64,000 nt of DNA from Azolla caroliniana (lineage: Eukaryota > Plantae > Polypodiophyta): positions 3,658,001 through 3,722,000 of the forward strand of contig JBHGNT010000020.1 in NCBI GenBank assembly GCA_043228905.1, written 5' to 3'. Under the pieces are notes generated by a model that was not told the DNA's origin, did not search any database, and was given only the letters and a program-made list of their open reading frames with translations. This document shows, piece after piece, positions 1 to 11,649 of this stretch. The number at the start of each line of letters is the position of its first letter. Positions within the stretch are counted from its first letter, which is position 1. The position numbers and the translations under genes were made by a program.

Positions 1-1158
1 ACCTTATCGACCCCCACCGATCTTTGTTCCCGCTCCGACAATTGAGAAAAATGATGCTCGAAGTCTACGAATGCTTGTGTCGCACCTTGGTGGGTCTTCG
101 CTGATGTCACCCATTGGTCGAAGTTGCGTCGATCTCGTCCCTTCTGCCTCTCATAGCCATATTCCTCCAATAGAGCCTTCTCGAAAGTCGCCCACGAATC
201 ATGAGCTTCTAGAAGCTCTTTTACATCTTTGAAGATCGGTTGAGACACCACCCGACAAAAGTACTCTAGCCTCATAGCTTTGTCCACACCTCTTGAATCC
301 ATCTCCGCATTGTAGACTTTTAGGAAACTTTGGACTTCGGCACCGTTGAAATAACTCATTCGTTCGACCACCTTGTCGACGGCTTGTTGGGCTTCATTTC
401 TTCTTTTCCCTTCTCTCAGAAACTCCATCATCCTTCTTGACATTGCCTCCATGAGATATTCGCCATCCATCTTCGTTCTCCCCTACTGCTCTTCACGTCG
501 GGTTCACCAAATGATGTCGCGAAGATTCGCGCGTGCGTGTGCTACTCGAGCGACCACCGGGGTCTTGGACTGGGGAGGACGTTCGCGGAATTATCGACGC
601 TAGATGACGATCAATGTAAGATTGGATGAAATTTGTTCACTTGAGAAGAAGAAAGATTGTACACTTGAGAAGTAGAAAAACATGAAGAAGATAAAGACAA
701 ATATAATTATATTGATGATAGTGGTGTTGGTGATATCACATATTGAGCCCCCCTTACACAAGCCCAACTAGAGGCTTTTATAGGTCTTTCCATGCTCGTG
801 ACATGCACATAACCATGGGCTAAAACCATGGTTTTGTGCACACGGTTTTGCTTATGTCATGCACAAACCATGGGTTTAAAACCATGGTTTTGTGCACATG
901 GTTTTCTATGGTTGTTTCGTCTATAATTTGTATATGAAAAGGAAATACATATAATCTACACTATATGATAGTTGTCCTAGTGGTAAGGCAATTATCTTGT
1001 ATCTTAGAGGTGCAAGGTTCAATCCTTGCTTGCACCCCTCTGTATGAACTCAAGTGCCACTAGGCTAGGTTTATTTGCTAAGTGCATGTGCAATGTTGCA
1101 CATCCTTGGTTTATTCGTCTCACTCGGTTTCACACCGTAGCCGAAAATCGTCACGACA
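1..1158 (-). mobile_element. Gypsy-type LTR retrotransposon, 5' part (LTR 512-1158, PBS ~493-509, degenerate gag 470->1; continues off the window)
   Basis: Minus strand reads TGTCGTGA...CGACATCA (LTR ends), then TTTGGTGAACCCGACGTGA (tRNA-type PBS), then a frameshifted gag-like ORF (MDGEYLMEAMSRRMMEFL...FNGAEVQKF/KVYNAEMDSRGVD...SWATFEKALLEEY). The LTR end abuts the duplicated segment that starts at 1159. Confidence 0.8.
968..1036 (+). promoter_or_regulatory. tRNA-like Pol III A/B-box module inside LTR U3, antisense to the element
   Basis: A-box-like TGTCCTAGTGGTAAGGC (973-989) and B-box-like GGTTCAATCCT (1016-1026) at tRNA-like spacing; no convincing full cloverleaf. Confidence 0.55.
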
Positions 1159-1313
1159 CCGTAATTGGGCATTTTCTTCTTTCGTTCGGGTGTGTTGTGC
1201 TGTCTCCACTGCGAGTTTCTCTTCAAGGGTCTTCATTGCCTTTCGGCCGTTGGCCCGGATGTCCTTTTCTCTATCCGAGGATTGGCGAAGTTCAGCGCGG
1301 AGATGGTCAATCT
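1159..1313 (+). repeat. Left copy of the long target duplication flanking the Penelope-like element (matches 6394-6548)
   Basis: Direct repeat at constant offset 5235; the ORF track shows identical peptides at 1082-1330 and 6362-6601. Confidence 0.95.
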
Positions 1314-1750
1314 TTTTTAAAATTGCTTAAAGTGTGCGGCACTTCATCGGGGGTTGTTTGGGGTGGACTCAAGTTTAGATCTTAAAAAAGCATTGATATA
1401 TTATACCCCTAGTGCTTGCCACTCATCACTTCATATCATATATACTATATCCCTTGTAGTCATATACCAACATAAATTTCTATTTTTATTACATCATATA
1501 TTCTATACCTCCTAGAAGTCGTACACCCCCATAAACTTGGTTTTCTTCCCTCTACTTCTCTTACTCTTTCAATTCTCCATACTAATAACTTTACCCCTAC
1601 AAAAACTAGCAACTATTACAAAACCCTAAACCCTAACCTTCTAAACATACGCTCCATCCTACCCCACACTACCATATTTCCCTCTCTCATATCTTTCCCT
1701 CTTTTTCTCCCCTTCTCTCCTCTCTCTCCTCTTTTGTTCCAATACAGATA

Positions 1751-2699
1751 CATGGCCACAAACGTCTCAACAGGAGAACCCAAAACACAATCCATTCAAC
1801 ATCGTACACCCAACGCCGACGCACCCACAGATCCACCCTCAACCACCATCGCCGACATACCGACGGATCTACCCACAACCACCATCGACTTTGTGCCGGA
1901 TTCTCCACCAATGACGACAAATCTCAAGCACGTCGTCGCCAACACTCAAACGACCGTTGTAAACAAGGAAGCTCCCTCACCCCACCCTCTTTCTTGTCAA
2001 TTTACAAATAACGAAGTCCCACATGAAATCCAACATCTATATAATGTGTGTCTTAACAACCCCAAATCCCCACCTAAAAAAATCCCCCCGCCATCTAGGA
2101 TGCTACAACTAGATTTAGCCCCAACTAGCCCTAGTAGCACGCAAAGCATTCCCTCCCCCTCCCCCAAATCTCCATTTAGTTCACTCATAGAAAACTTAGA
2201 AGACCTTAAAATGGAAGGTTATAAAGAATTCATCACCAAACTCTCGCCTGCAAAGAAGGTCATCTTCTTTCAGAAGTTGTTTGATACCTTTAGCTCACCT
2301 CCCCTAGAATGGGGTGGTGGAGATCCCCTTTGCATGCCTACAATAACAAAATCTCTTTTTGAACATGCCCATGTGTCCTCTAGCGACCACCACACCCACA
2401 CAAACCTGCGTCCACAAGACAAAGGTAAAAGGAAAATAACAACCCCAAACACACAAGAAAAGGGAAAAACTAGCATAGAAAACTCAAACCCGCCCCTCGA
2501 GGCACAAAACTCTTTAGAAAACTTACCTATTCCCATCCACTTTGACACCATTTGCCAAGGCTCCGTATTAGAATATAAAGAACTCTTGTCTAAACGCCAT
2601 AGAGCCCAAGATGTACTCCATAAATATGAAACCGATCTCAAGGAGAACTTCATCCCTAACTCCTTGTGCATTAACCCTCCTAGGGTAACGATAAATTAA
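1751..2699 (+). CDS. PLE upstream ORF1 (Pro/Thr/Ser-rich, unknown function)
   Basis: Long ORF (track 1734-2699, first ATG 1751) inside the element, on the RT strand; no recognisable domain. Confidence 0.55.
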
Positions 2700-2736
2700 T
2701 AAGGAAAACCCCAACACACATCCAAAAAACACGGCT

Positions 2737-3240
2737 ATGCCCCCGACAAAAAACGGGGGCACAAGGACACACAAAGCATCAAATTCATCCCCAACTGCCC
2801 CCACCTCCTTCTTAAGGACCCAGTCCTTTATCCCAAGTTATGGACAAAGCTATGCTTATCCCGTACCACCCACACATCCCATACCCCCCACGTACCCTAT
2901 ATTTGTCCCGATGAATGTACCACCACCTACCTCCCTACCCCCACCTATGAAACAATCAATGTCTCACTTCGAGACCATCAAACCCACCACACGGTCCTAT
3001 CCTCGACCCTCAGTTCCTCGACCCCTAGTCCTTCAACCCCCAGTCCCTCGACCCCCAATTCCACGACCCACGCCTTACCCCCGGCCCACAGTCAAACGAC
3101 CTACTCCTCATCCCCGGCCCTCAGTCCCGCAAGGCGCACCCAACACACGCACCACGGGACCGAAACTAAATCCTCTACCAGGAAAATACGTAGGGGTAGA
3201 CTTAGAAAATTACATTGGCTCCCGCTTCTTCAACCGTTAA
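2737..3240 (+). CDS. PLE Pro-rich ORF (possible frameshifted continuation of ORF1), overlapping the RT frame
   Basis: 167-aa ORF with PRP repeats; the RT reading frame is open across the same interval. Confidence 0.4.
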   Translation: MPPTKNGGTRTHKASNSSPTAPTSFLRTQSFIPSYGQSYAYPVPPTHPIPPTYPIFVPMNVPPPTSLPPPMKQSMSHFETIKPTTRSYPRPSVPRPLVLQPPVPRPPIPRPTPYPRPTVKRPTPHPRPSVPQGAPNTRTTGPKLNPLPGKYVGVDLENYIGSRFFNR

Positions 3241-5042
3241 CCTACCTCCACATTTTACTGGGAAGGCAAACACCCTCCCAGCTCGAGAATAGGATCACTA
3301 ATCACTCATTGCACAACCTTTCCTCTTTCCACCTTCCTCCACCCCAACTCAAACTTCTAAGCTTAGGTCTAGACTTTATTCCCCCACCCCAACCTATTAG
3401 AAAACAATAATTGATAGATGTCGTTGTATCCTTGGATAGAACTTACCGCCTCAAATATTTCTTTAGAAAATCTACTAACATTATCTGTCCATTTAGAATA
3501 CCGAACCCCAGTTGGAATCGCCCAGCCGTGCCAGAAATCACACAAACCATCACATCTATCACCTCTGCCCTCCCCTCCCCACCCACCATCCAACCTCGCC
3601 CTCATAGGAACTTTAGAACTGCACTACATAATCTCAAAAACAATCAAGACATAGTTATTAAACCCGCGGATAAAAATCTAGGCACGTGCATTCTCTCTAA
3701 GGATTGGTACCTTAACGAATGCCTTAGACAGCTCAACGACAAAAACACTTACACCCCCGTCAAAGACGTCCCCCTAGAAACTCTCCACAGTCGACTTGAA
3801 CACCTATGTCTGAAAGCTTCCCCCCACCTCTCCAATGAGGAAATTAGATTCCTCCTTTAGAAACCCAAACATGGTTTCAGGATATGTCGTTTCTACATCA
3901 TCCCCAAAATCCACAAGCCCATTGTTGTAGGACCCCCTATTTGCGCCTACAACAATTATGTTTTCGAAAGAGCCTCTAAATGGCTACACCATCTACTACA
4001 TCCTGTCTTATTGTCTAAAAAACAACACCTCAAAGACTCCTTAACACTTGTTAAGGACCTAGCACACCACACCTTCCCCAAAACTTGCACGTTGTTTTCT
4101 TTTGACGTAGTGTCACTATATCCCAGTATACCTACCACGGAAGGTCTATTGGTTTTAAAAAAATCTATTTCACATCATTTCCCACCACACAAAACCAAAA
4201 TCATTATGAGTGTTGCCGAACTAATACTTAGAAACAATTTTCTCTCCTTTAATAATGCTTTTTGGTTACAAATTAAAGGCACCGCGATGGGTAGTAATTT
4301 TGCGGTTGTTTACGCTTGCTTGTTTCTTTCGCAGCTAGAGGACGACAACCTAGCTTTCCAAACACCGCAACTACTCTACTACAAACGCTACATCGATGAT
4401 GCCATAGGAGTTTTGGAAGGTTCCCCCGATACACTTCACACCTTCTTACACCAATACGGCGTGCCTCTACAACAACACATCCGTATTGAATCAACAACCT
4501 CCCCTAAAGAGATCACCATCCTGGACGTCGTCTTCTTCAAAGGCCCATACTTTAAAGAATTCGGCATCCTCGACACCGCATGCCACCAAAAACCTCTCAA
4601 TGGCTACATGTACCTCCCGTGGAAATCCTCACACCCCATAGCACACGAAAATGGCTTCATCACGGGAGAACTAAAACGGTATGCTATCCGGGAGAGCTCG
4701 GAAAATGGCTACATGGAACTACGCAAAAAGCTCTACGACCGCCTAAGAGCTAGGGGCTACCCATCGAAGTTCCTACTCAAGTGTTTTTCGACCGTCCCCT
4801 ACTCCATACGAAACCGACTACTCTCTAACCAACCCAACAACAAAAAACCTCCACCCATTGTTTTTAAGCTTCGATACTCCCCATGTATCAAAAAACTCCA
4901 AATCGGAGCGCTCGTGAGAAACAAACTTAAACCCCTTCTAGGACAACCACAATACAGTTCCCTTACACCCCCTCTCACGTGTTGGCTAAATGGTAAAAAA
5001 CTAAGAAACCACCTAGTACACGCATCCTTTCCCCCCACCTAA
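3183..5042 (+). pseudogene. Penelope-type reverse transcriptase with two premature stops (3408, 3858) and no C-terminal GIY-YIG
   Basis: Motifs RRGR..HNLSS..LLSLGLDFIP, IVIKPADKN, FYIIPKIHK, SFDVVSLYPSIP, QIKGTAMGS, YKRYIDD, YLPWKSSHP, LRARGYP; ends KKLRNHLVHASFPPT*. Confidence 0.92.
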
Positions 5043-5204
5043 TGTTTTATGTACTCTCACCCCTCTTAACCCCCACCTAAAGTCTTGTGTACACTCTTTT
5101 ACCTTCCCTTTGTACACACTTTTGTATGTCCCACATACAAAGGACTCTCCTCCCTCTCCCTATAAAACGAGCAAACTAGTAGGCTTAGTTTTCATCATTT
5201 GTAC

Positions 5205-5250
5205 ATCGAGCACTGAAGAGCCTCCATCGAGGCCAAATGCATTTGCCGAT
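5205..5250 (+). ncRNA. Minimal type I hammerhead ribozyme-like motif with one core substitution
   Basis: Stem I ATCG(A)GCA/TGCCGAT; core CTGAAGA (5213-5219); stem II GCCT/AGGC; CAAA in place of GAAA (5234-5237); palindromic stem III AATGCATT; TATA-like CTATAAAA at 5160-5167 upstream. Confidence 0.7.
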
Positions 5251-5304
5251 CGTTGCCTTATGATAGTAAAACTTTCTTTCCTTCTATGTGTTGCTCTTAT
5301 CTAA

Positions 5305-5860
5305 TTTTTTGTCTTAAGTTCTTAAGTACTTATTTAATAAATTTTTATTAAGTACTTGTTTAATCACTTTTTTATCAAATTTTTTTGTCTTAAGTTTTTA
5401 AGTATTTATTTAATCATTTTCTATTAAGTACTTGTTTAATAATCATTTTTATTACGTACTTGTTTAACCCCTTTTTTTAAGTACTTGTTCAATCATTTTT
5501 AGGTTTAACTTTTTGTTTAAACATTTGTTTAAGTATTCTCCTCTCTTAATCATAATCATTCTCTTCTCAACCATGACCCCTTTTCTTTAACCATAATCCC
5601 TCCCTTCTCTTTTAATCATAACCTTGCGTTAAGTGTCTGCCCAAGTGTTTTCTTATCTAAATATTTGTTTAAACATTCGTTTAAGTACTTTGTTTAGCAA
5701 CCCCTTCCCCCTTAATCATAATCCCTTCTTAACCATAATCATTTTTTAATCTCAATCTCTCTTTTCTATTCTTATTTTTATTTTTAGTTTTTATAATAAT
5801 CTTTCTTTTAAGTGTTTGCTTAAGCGTGTGTTTAAACAACTCCCGTTCATCTAAGCGTGT
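5305..5860. repeat. AT-rich degenerate tandem repeats in the PLE 3' region
   Basis: Recurrent TTAAGTACTTGTTTAATCATTTT-like and TTAACCATAATC units. Confidence 0.7.
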
Positions 5861-6152
5861 GGTCCCGTTTTAATAATACTCTATATTGGTGTTTTAATAG
5901 TACTTTATTGTTGTCTAATAACTTAAGTTATCCCAATGATCTTTAATATGTTCTAAAAACTTTGATTAGGTTTAAATACTTTTGATAACTTCAACAAGCT
6001 ACACTCCCCTAACCCCCACCCACGCCCTCACTTTTCTATTCTTCTAAAACTATATCACTACTTATGTTTAGACATACAAATAAGATCTAAACTTGACTCC
6101 ACCCCAAACAACCCCCGATAAAGTGCCGCACACTTTAAGCAATCTTAAAAAA

Positions 6153-8010
6153 GGTTTGCAATTTCTTGCTGACTAACCGCCGCCGCTTCCTCATACGTGC
6201 TCCTCATTCTTGCCCAAATCTGGGATTCCTTCGCATGTAGTTCTTCCAGTTTTCCTATTTCATTGTTAAGGCGGATTTCTAGGTGATGCCTTCTCTCCTG
6301 TTCTCCCACCATCTGCTCATCGAACCATGCTTTCTTCTTCTCCAATAAGGCCCGGAGTCCCGTGATTGCCGCTTCCGATTTTTTCGTTTCTGCCCGTAAT
6401 TGGGCATTTTCTTCTTTCGTTCGGGTGTGTTGTGCTGTCTCCACTGCGAGTTTCTCTTCAAGGGTCTTCATTGCCTTTCGGCCGTTGGCCCGGATGTCCT
6501 TTTCTCTATCCGAGGATTGGCGAAGTTCAGCGCGGAGATGGTCAATCTCTGATCCCGCTAGTTGCACAACCCGTTTCGCTTTCGAGGCAATGGCGGTCTG
6601 AGCTTCAATCTCTTCCCTCAGGGCTTCGACGGCGTTGGTTGTTGGTGGAGCTTCCTGTTGTGCCATAGTCGCGTTATTTTCCAACTTCGTGATGCGTTCA
6701 TTGGGCTTTTGTAGCTCGGCTTGGGTCAGTTTAACTTTTTTCCAGACATTGTTATTTTTAATCGCCATATCCTTGGCACCCATACTTACCTTTGCCAGTT
6801 CCCTATGAACTTCGACAAGGGCCGCGTTTAATGGGGGTAGTAGTTCCATCCCCATTTGGCGTATTCCGGTGTTCCTCTACCTGCCGACTCTGGCTAACTG
6901 ATCCTCATCATCGCTTTCCGTCGTTTGTGTTAACGCGTGCTCGATCATTGGGCACTCCGCGTGCTCCTCGGCCATTCGTTATGAGACTTTTATCTGTTGC
7001 ATTGCCACGAATTCCATGAGTTCAAAAGTGGTTCCGAACTGTAATAGTGCACCGAATTCATGGGCTGTGTCCGGAATGTCCGAATACACTAGGACCTCGC
7101 TTTCCGCCGTCAATACAGCTTTCCCCCGCTGTGATTGGGCCGTAATGATCGGCCATGGTTCCCGGATTACTTCGAATGTGGTGTTGGGCTCTATAGCTGG
7201 GGAGCTGTCGCCCACGGTCATTGTCTCCGTGGCCGCGAGTGCGTCTTTAACTAACCCTCGTCCATCGTTCTTGTCCAGTCTCCGCCTTTTCGGCCTCGGG
7301 TTTTCCTGTCGTGGTTCGGCTTCCGGCTCTGGTGCTACTTCCTCGGTGCGCACAGCCTACTCTTCCTGCGTTGTTCGTATGTTCGGTTAGGTGGGTTGGG
7401 GTTCATCCTCCCACTCTGTGGTGGCTAACTCCGCTAACCTTCGCTTCGCGGATCGAGGCGGCGACATGGGCTTGCTGGGCTGCGGTGCCGGCAAACCTCG
7501 GGGTAGGAATAGTATCATCAGGTACTGATGTATGATAGGCCTGAGCTTTTTGCCTTCTTGATACACGTGCAAGCCTTCCCTTAATGTCGGCCCCGTAATG
7601 ACCCCCCAATCGACCGTACGCCATTCAAAGATATCAATGATGATACCTGCCTTCTGCTTGGGCATCCCACATGCGTTTACATGTACGCATCCGACCTCCA
7701 ATAGGAACTTGGCGATTTCGCGGAAAAAGGGATCCAGGATCTCCTTCGTTCTATATGCCTTGGCGGATGACAAATATGGACTGAAATACCTCTGCAGGGA
7801 CTTCGCATGAGGGATTTCGAAATGCCTTTCACCTAGTGATGACAGGTCCAAGTTTTTCCGGATGGATGAGTTGGTGACCGTATCGATGTTGAGCTTTCTA
7901 GCGATGTCCATTGCGTCAGGGTGTGGAGGTGCCTCAACGACCTTGATGTACCCATCCAAGCGTTTCTCCATGAGCCATCGATGCAAGGCGGTAGAGATGA
8001 ATATCGGCAT
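6153..8010 (-). pseudogene. Extra ORF downstream of integrase (globular N-terminal part plus long coiled coil), truncated by the PLE
   Basis: ORFs 7387-8010, 6979-7353 and 6145-6855 lie on the pol strand; the last is E/K/R/A-rich and its stop comes from the PLE end. Confidence 0.65.
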
Positions 8011-8389
8011 AGTCGGAATAGGCTCGTGGCTAGTGGGTGAAGACTATTGGTTGCGGTGGGCTTGAGCTCTGTGATAGGATGGAGAAGAGGGTGAGGAAGG
8101 GGAGCGATGAGAGCACTGAGAGTTAGAAGGTTGATTTCTGTATTGTGCAGAAAACCTTCTCTTTCCTTCTTTTTGTGGCCTAGGGTCCATTGGTCGGTGA
8201 GCCATCTTGGTGCCGCGTGTTCTTGGTCTAGAAGTCTGTGCATGCCTTAAGTCCTTTTAACAACGTCACTATCTTCTCTCTTTCTTTCTTTTTCGCAACG
8301 GTTACATACAAGACTATTTTTACACTATAATACAAGTGTGGTCGTCTATTTACTCCGCGGATTCTCTGGCTTTGTTCTGTCCGACGGGG

Positions 8390-11300
8390 AACGGGTTAGG
8401 TGCCGTAGGTCCTAGATAAGGTTTAAGGCGAAACCCATTCACTTTCTGTCGTAACACTTCCCTGGCGAGCGTGCCTAGTTGAAACGTGCCTTGTTCTGCT
8501 CCTACTATCCAGTACAAGCCTGTCTAGCGGAATCGTAATTTTCCTGGCATATGCCCCATGCGGGTTTGGAAAACTAATACCGCTCTTCCAACCGTAAAAT
8601 GTTTTTCACGCGCATGCTGGTGTCGGTCAACGAATGCTTTACGCCGCCGTTGTTCCTGCTCTAATATGGCCATACTGCGTACCCTTATTTCTCGTAGCTC
8701 TAGCAGTCTCTGTAGCCGTATTTGTGCGGATTTGCCCTCTGGTAGCCGGGCTTGTATTTGAATCCGCAGACTGGGTACCTTGAATTCCACTGGCATCACG
8801 GCCTCCAGACCAAATGCCAGCCTGAACGATGTTGATTGTATGCTGCTCTTATAGCTGGTACGGTATGCCCATAACGCGCTATGCAACTTGGTGTCCCAAT
8901 CCATCCTGTACTCATTGACTATCTTTTTGAGGATAGTTTGGAGGGTTTTATTTGTGGATTCCGCCAAGCCATTTGCCTGCGGGTAATACAACGTACTTTT
9001 CTTGTGCACCACCGCGTAACGTTGGGTCAGTTCGTTGATGACCATATTCAGAAAGTGACTCCCTTGGTCACTAATGAGCTCGATAGGGCAGCCGAAACGA
9101 CACCATATGTGTTCGTACAGGAATTTCGACGTGACTATCGTGGTATTCTCGCGTAATGGTTTCGCTTCTACCCACTTGGTGCAGTAATCTGTAGCCATCA
9201 GGATGTACTTATTGCCTGTTCGAGTGGCCGCCGGGGTAAAAGGTCCCACGAAATCTAACCCCCACTTTTGGAAAGGATCTAGTGGCAACACTGGTTGGTG
9301 TGGCATTCTTACGATTTTTGTGGGTTGGCCCAGTCGTTCGCATAAATCGGACTGTCTGCAATATTCATACGCGTCCTTTTGCGTCATCAGCCACCAAAGT
9401 CCTGCTTGCCAAATTTTCAGAGCCGTAACATCGCCCGCATAATGTCCTCCTGTCGTACCACAATGGGCTTCGCGTAGAACCGCGACCTTCTCATCCTGCC
9501 GTATTCCGCGCCTCTAGATGTCGTCATTGGCCTTGTGGTATAGTATGTTTTCCACTAAACAGAAATTTCGACTTCGGAAGGCCAGTCATTTTTTCTCATT
9601 CGTCCGTAATTGGGGTAGCGGTAACCCCGTGGTCAGGAAGTAGGTCATTTCCATGAGCCATCGATCCGGAAGGCCTTTTCCGTTCGTTCTACTAGCGTTG
9701 CTACCCGCAGAATGTCTGCATCTGGAAAGTCGTCCCTCTACGCCGTTTCTCCATTATTGAGTCTGCTCAAAAAGTCTGCCACTACCTATTGCGTACCCGA
9801 GTGGTGCTGAATTACAAAGTCGAATTCTTGAAGCAGCAGCATCCATCTCGCCGATTTCCCCGTTAGCACTTGTTTCTCCACCAAATATAGTAGTGCTGAA
9901 TGATCCACGTGAAACATGAATTTCCACCCTAGTAGATAATGCTGGAACTTATTTATGTTGTAGATCATACCCAACGCCTGTGCCATCATATTTGTCCTAA
10001 AAAACGGTTGAGTGATTTCGCGTTTGTCGGCGTTTTCGCATGGGTAATCGCGGAGATTTTATTCGGATCGACCGCTATCCCATGCTGACTATATGGCTGA
10101 GTAGAGCCCCGTTGGTAACGCCGAAGGCACATTTGGTGGGATTCAGGCTTAAGCGTGCAGTGCGGCAACGTTCTAGGTACAGTTGTAGATGCGTAAAATG
10201 GTCGGTTGTTCTCCCATATACCGCAAAATCGTCTAAAAAAACTTGCATGAAGGCCGGAATATATTCCCCAAAACTCTTCGTGATTGTCCGTTGAAATGTC
10301 GTCGGCGCCGTCTTTAGCCCGAACATCATGACGACTGCAACGTAGACTCCGCAGTCCGTGACAAACGTCGTCTTCTCTTGGTCATCGGGGTGCATGCGTA
10401 CTTGGTTGTACCTATTGAAGCCATCTAAACAACTGTACATGTCATGCCCCGTGACAACCTCCAATACGTTATCGATGAAAGGTAAAGGGAATGCATCCGT
10501 AATGGTTACGGTGTTTAATTTTTGGTAGTCCACGCATACCCGTATTTTGCCATTTTTCTTTGGTACGACTACGATCGGGCTTAACCATGTAGCTTGTTTA
10601 ACTTGTCGTATGAATCCCGCCTTGAGGAGTTTGTCAATTTCTTCTTTTACGCGAGCCGCTTAGTTTGGGTTCATGCGGTATCGACGCTACTGGACCGGTT
10701 TCGCGTCGGTTGCTAAATTGATCTTATGTTGATAGAACTTCGGATCTAACCCCTTCATGTCCTCATGGGCCCAGGCGAACACATCTTTATACTTCCTGAG
10801 TAGTGCTATCATCGCGTCTCTCTGATCCGGCATTAATTCTTTTGCGTTGGAGAGGAAACGGGGTTCTGATGTCGTACCCACGTTTACTTCTTCAAGGGTT
10901 GAGGCACTGACTCGCCGTGAAATTTCCATTTCCCTCTCGAACGCTACCCGTGCTCTGCTTAGTTCTAATATTGACTCCAGGTTTGGTTCGTAAGCCTCAT
11001 CGTGGAGTGTAGCGGGCATGGCATATTCCATCGCAGTTTCAATGACGTTGATTTCGAACAGTGGAATAATCCGAGGGTGCTCGTCTAGATATGCCTCTAA
11101 TTCAGTATCATCCACCTCAGCTAGCATATTTATATCCTCTGCGTACAATGGTGTTATGCCCTTGGGTTGTGTCGCCATTTCCTCTATTGTTACGGGGACC
11201 TTGGTGTGTCCGCGTCGAAAGTTGATACACTTGTGTTGCCAACTCTGCTTGATATTCGTTGAACGAAGCCACGGTCTGCCCAACAACATAGGATACGCCC

Positions 11301-11646
11301 CTAGGGCGTCAAGGGCGAGGACTACCGCCGAGATGTCGAAGCGATGTCCTCCCACGACAATGCCTACCTTGTGTATCAACCCCAATGGTTGTACTGACTG
11401 GGTATCCGCCATGCGAAGCCAGAACGGGCAAGCTTCCCATTCTGAAATTCCCAATTGTTCGCATGTCTTCGTGCTAATTACATTAATGCCCGAGCCACCA
11501 TCAATTACGCATCCTGGGATTTCCTGACCGTGTAGTATCAACTTAATAGCCGGGTTGTGGTGATCCACCACTGTCGGTCTGTCGCTAATTTTCGTAAAAT
11601 TCGCGGCGACGCTTACCCCAGGTCTGCCCGTCATCCACTCTTCCAC
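8390..11646 (-). pseudogene. pol (protease, RT, RNase H, integrase), disrupted
   Basis: ORFs 10687-11646, 10075-10533, 9786-9989 and 8524-9387 carry canonical Gypsy motifs, separated by stops and frameshifts. Confidence 0.92.
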
Positions 11647-11649
11647 GGC

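Larger units (their letters stand above)
1313..6152 (+). mobile_element. Penelope-like retroelement (PLE), endonuclease-deficient, with 72-bp inverted ends
   Basis: PLE-type RT; 1313-1384 is the reverse complement of 6081-6152 (3 mismatches); hammerhead-like motif at 5205-5250; no GIY-YIG after the RT. Confidence 0.88.

Noticed and set aside
1621-1638. Telomere-like AAACCCTAAACCCTAACC in the PLE (similar motifs at ~37630-37660 and ~49630-49692)
   Set aside because: Short, internal and not at a junction; consistent with common telo-box-like motifs rather than telomere attachment.
2270-2804. Antisense ORFs over the PLE and the many antisense ORFs over pol genes
   Set aside because: Shadow ORFs of coding sequence with no independent motifs.
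3181-3240. GKY..YIG peptide (PGKYVGVDLENYIGS) suggesting an N-terminal GIY-YIG as in Naiad/Chlamys PLEs
   Set aside because: The spacing is short, a stop follows six codons later, no downstream R/H/E/N pattern is visible, and the overlapping frame encodes the RT N-terminus. A profile search on the family consensus would settle it.
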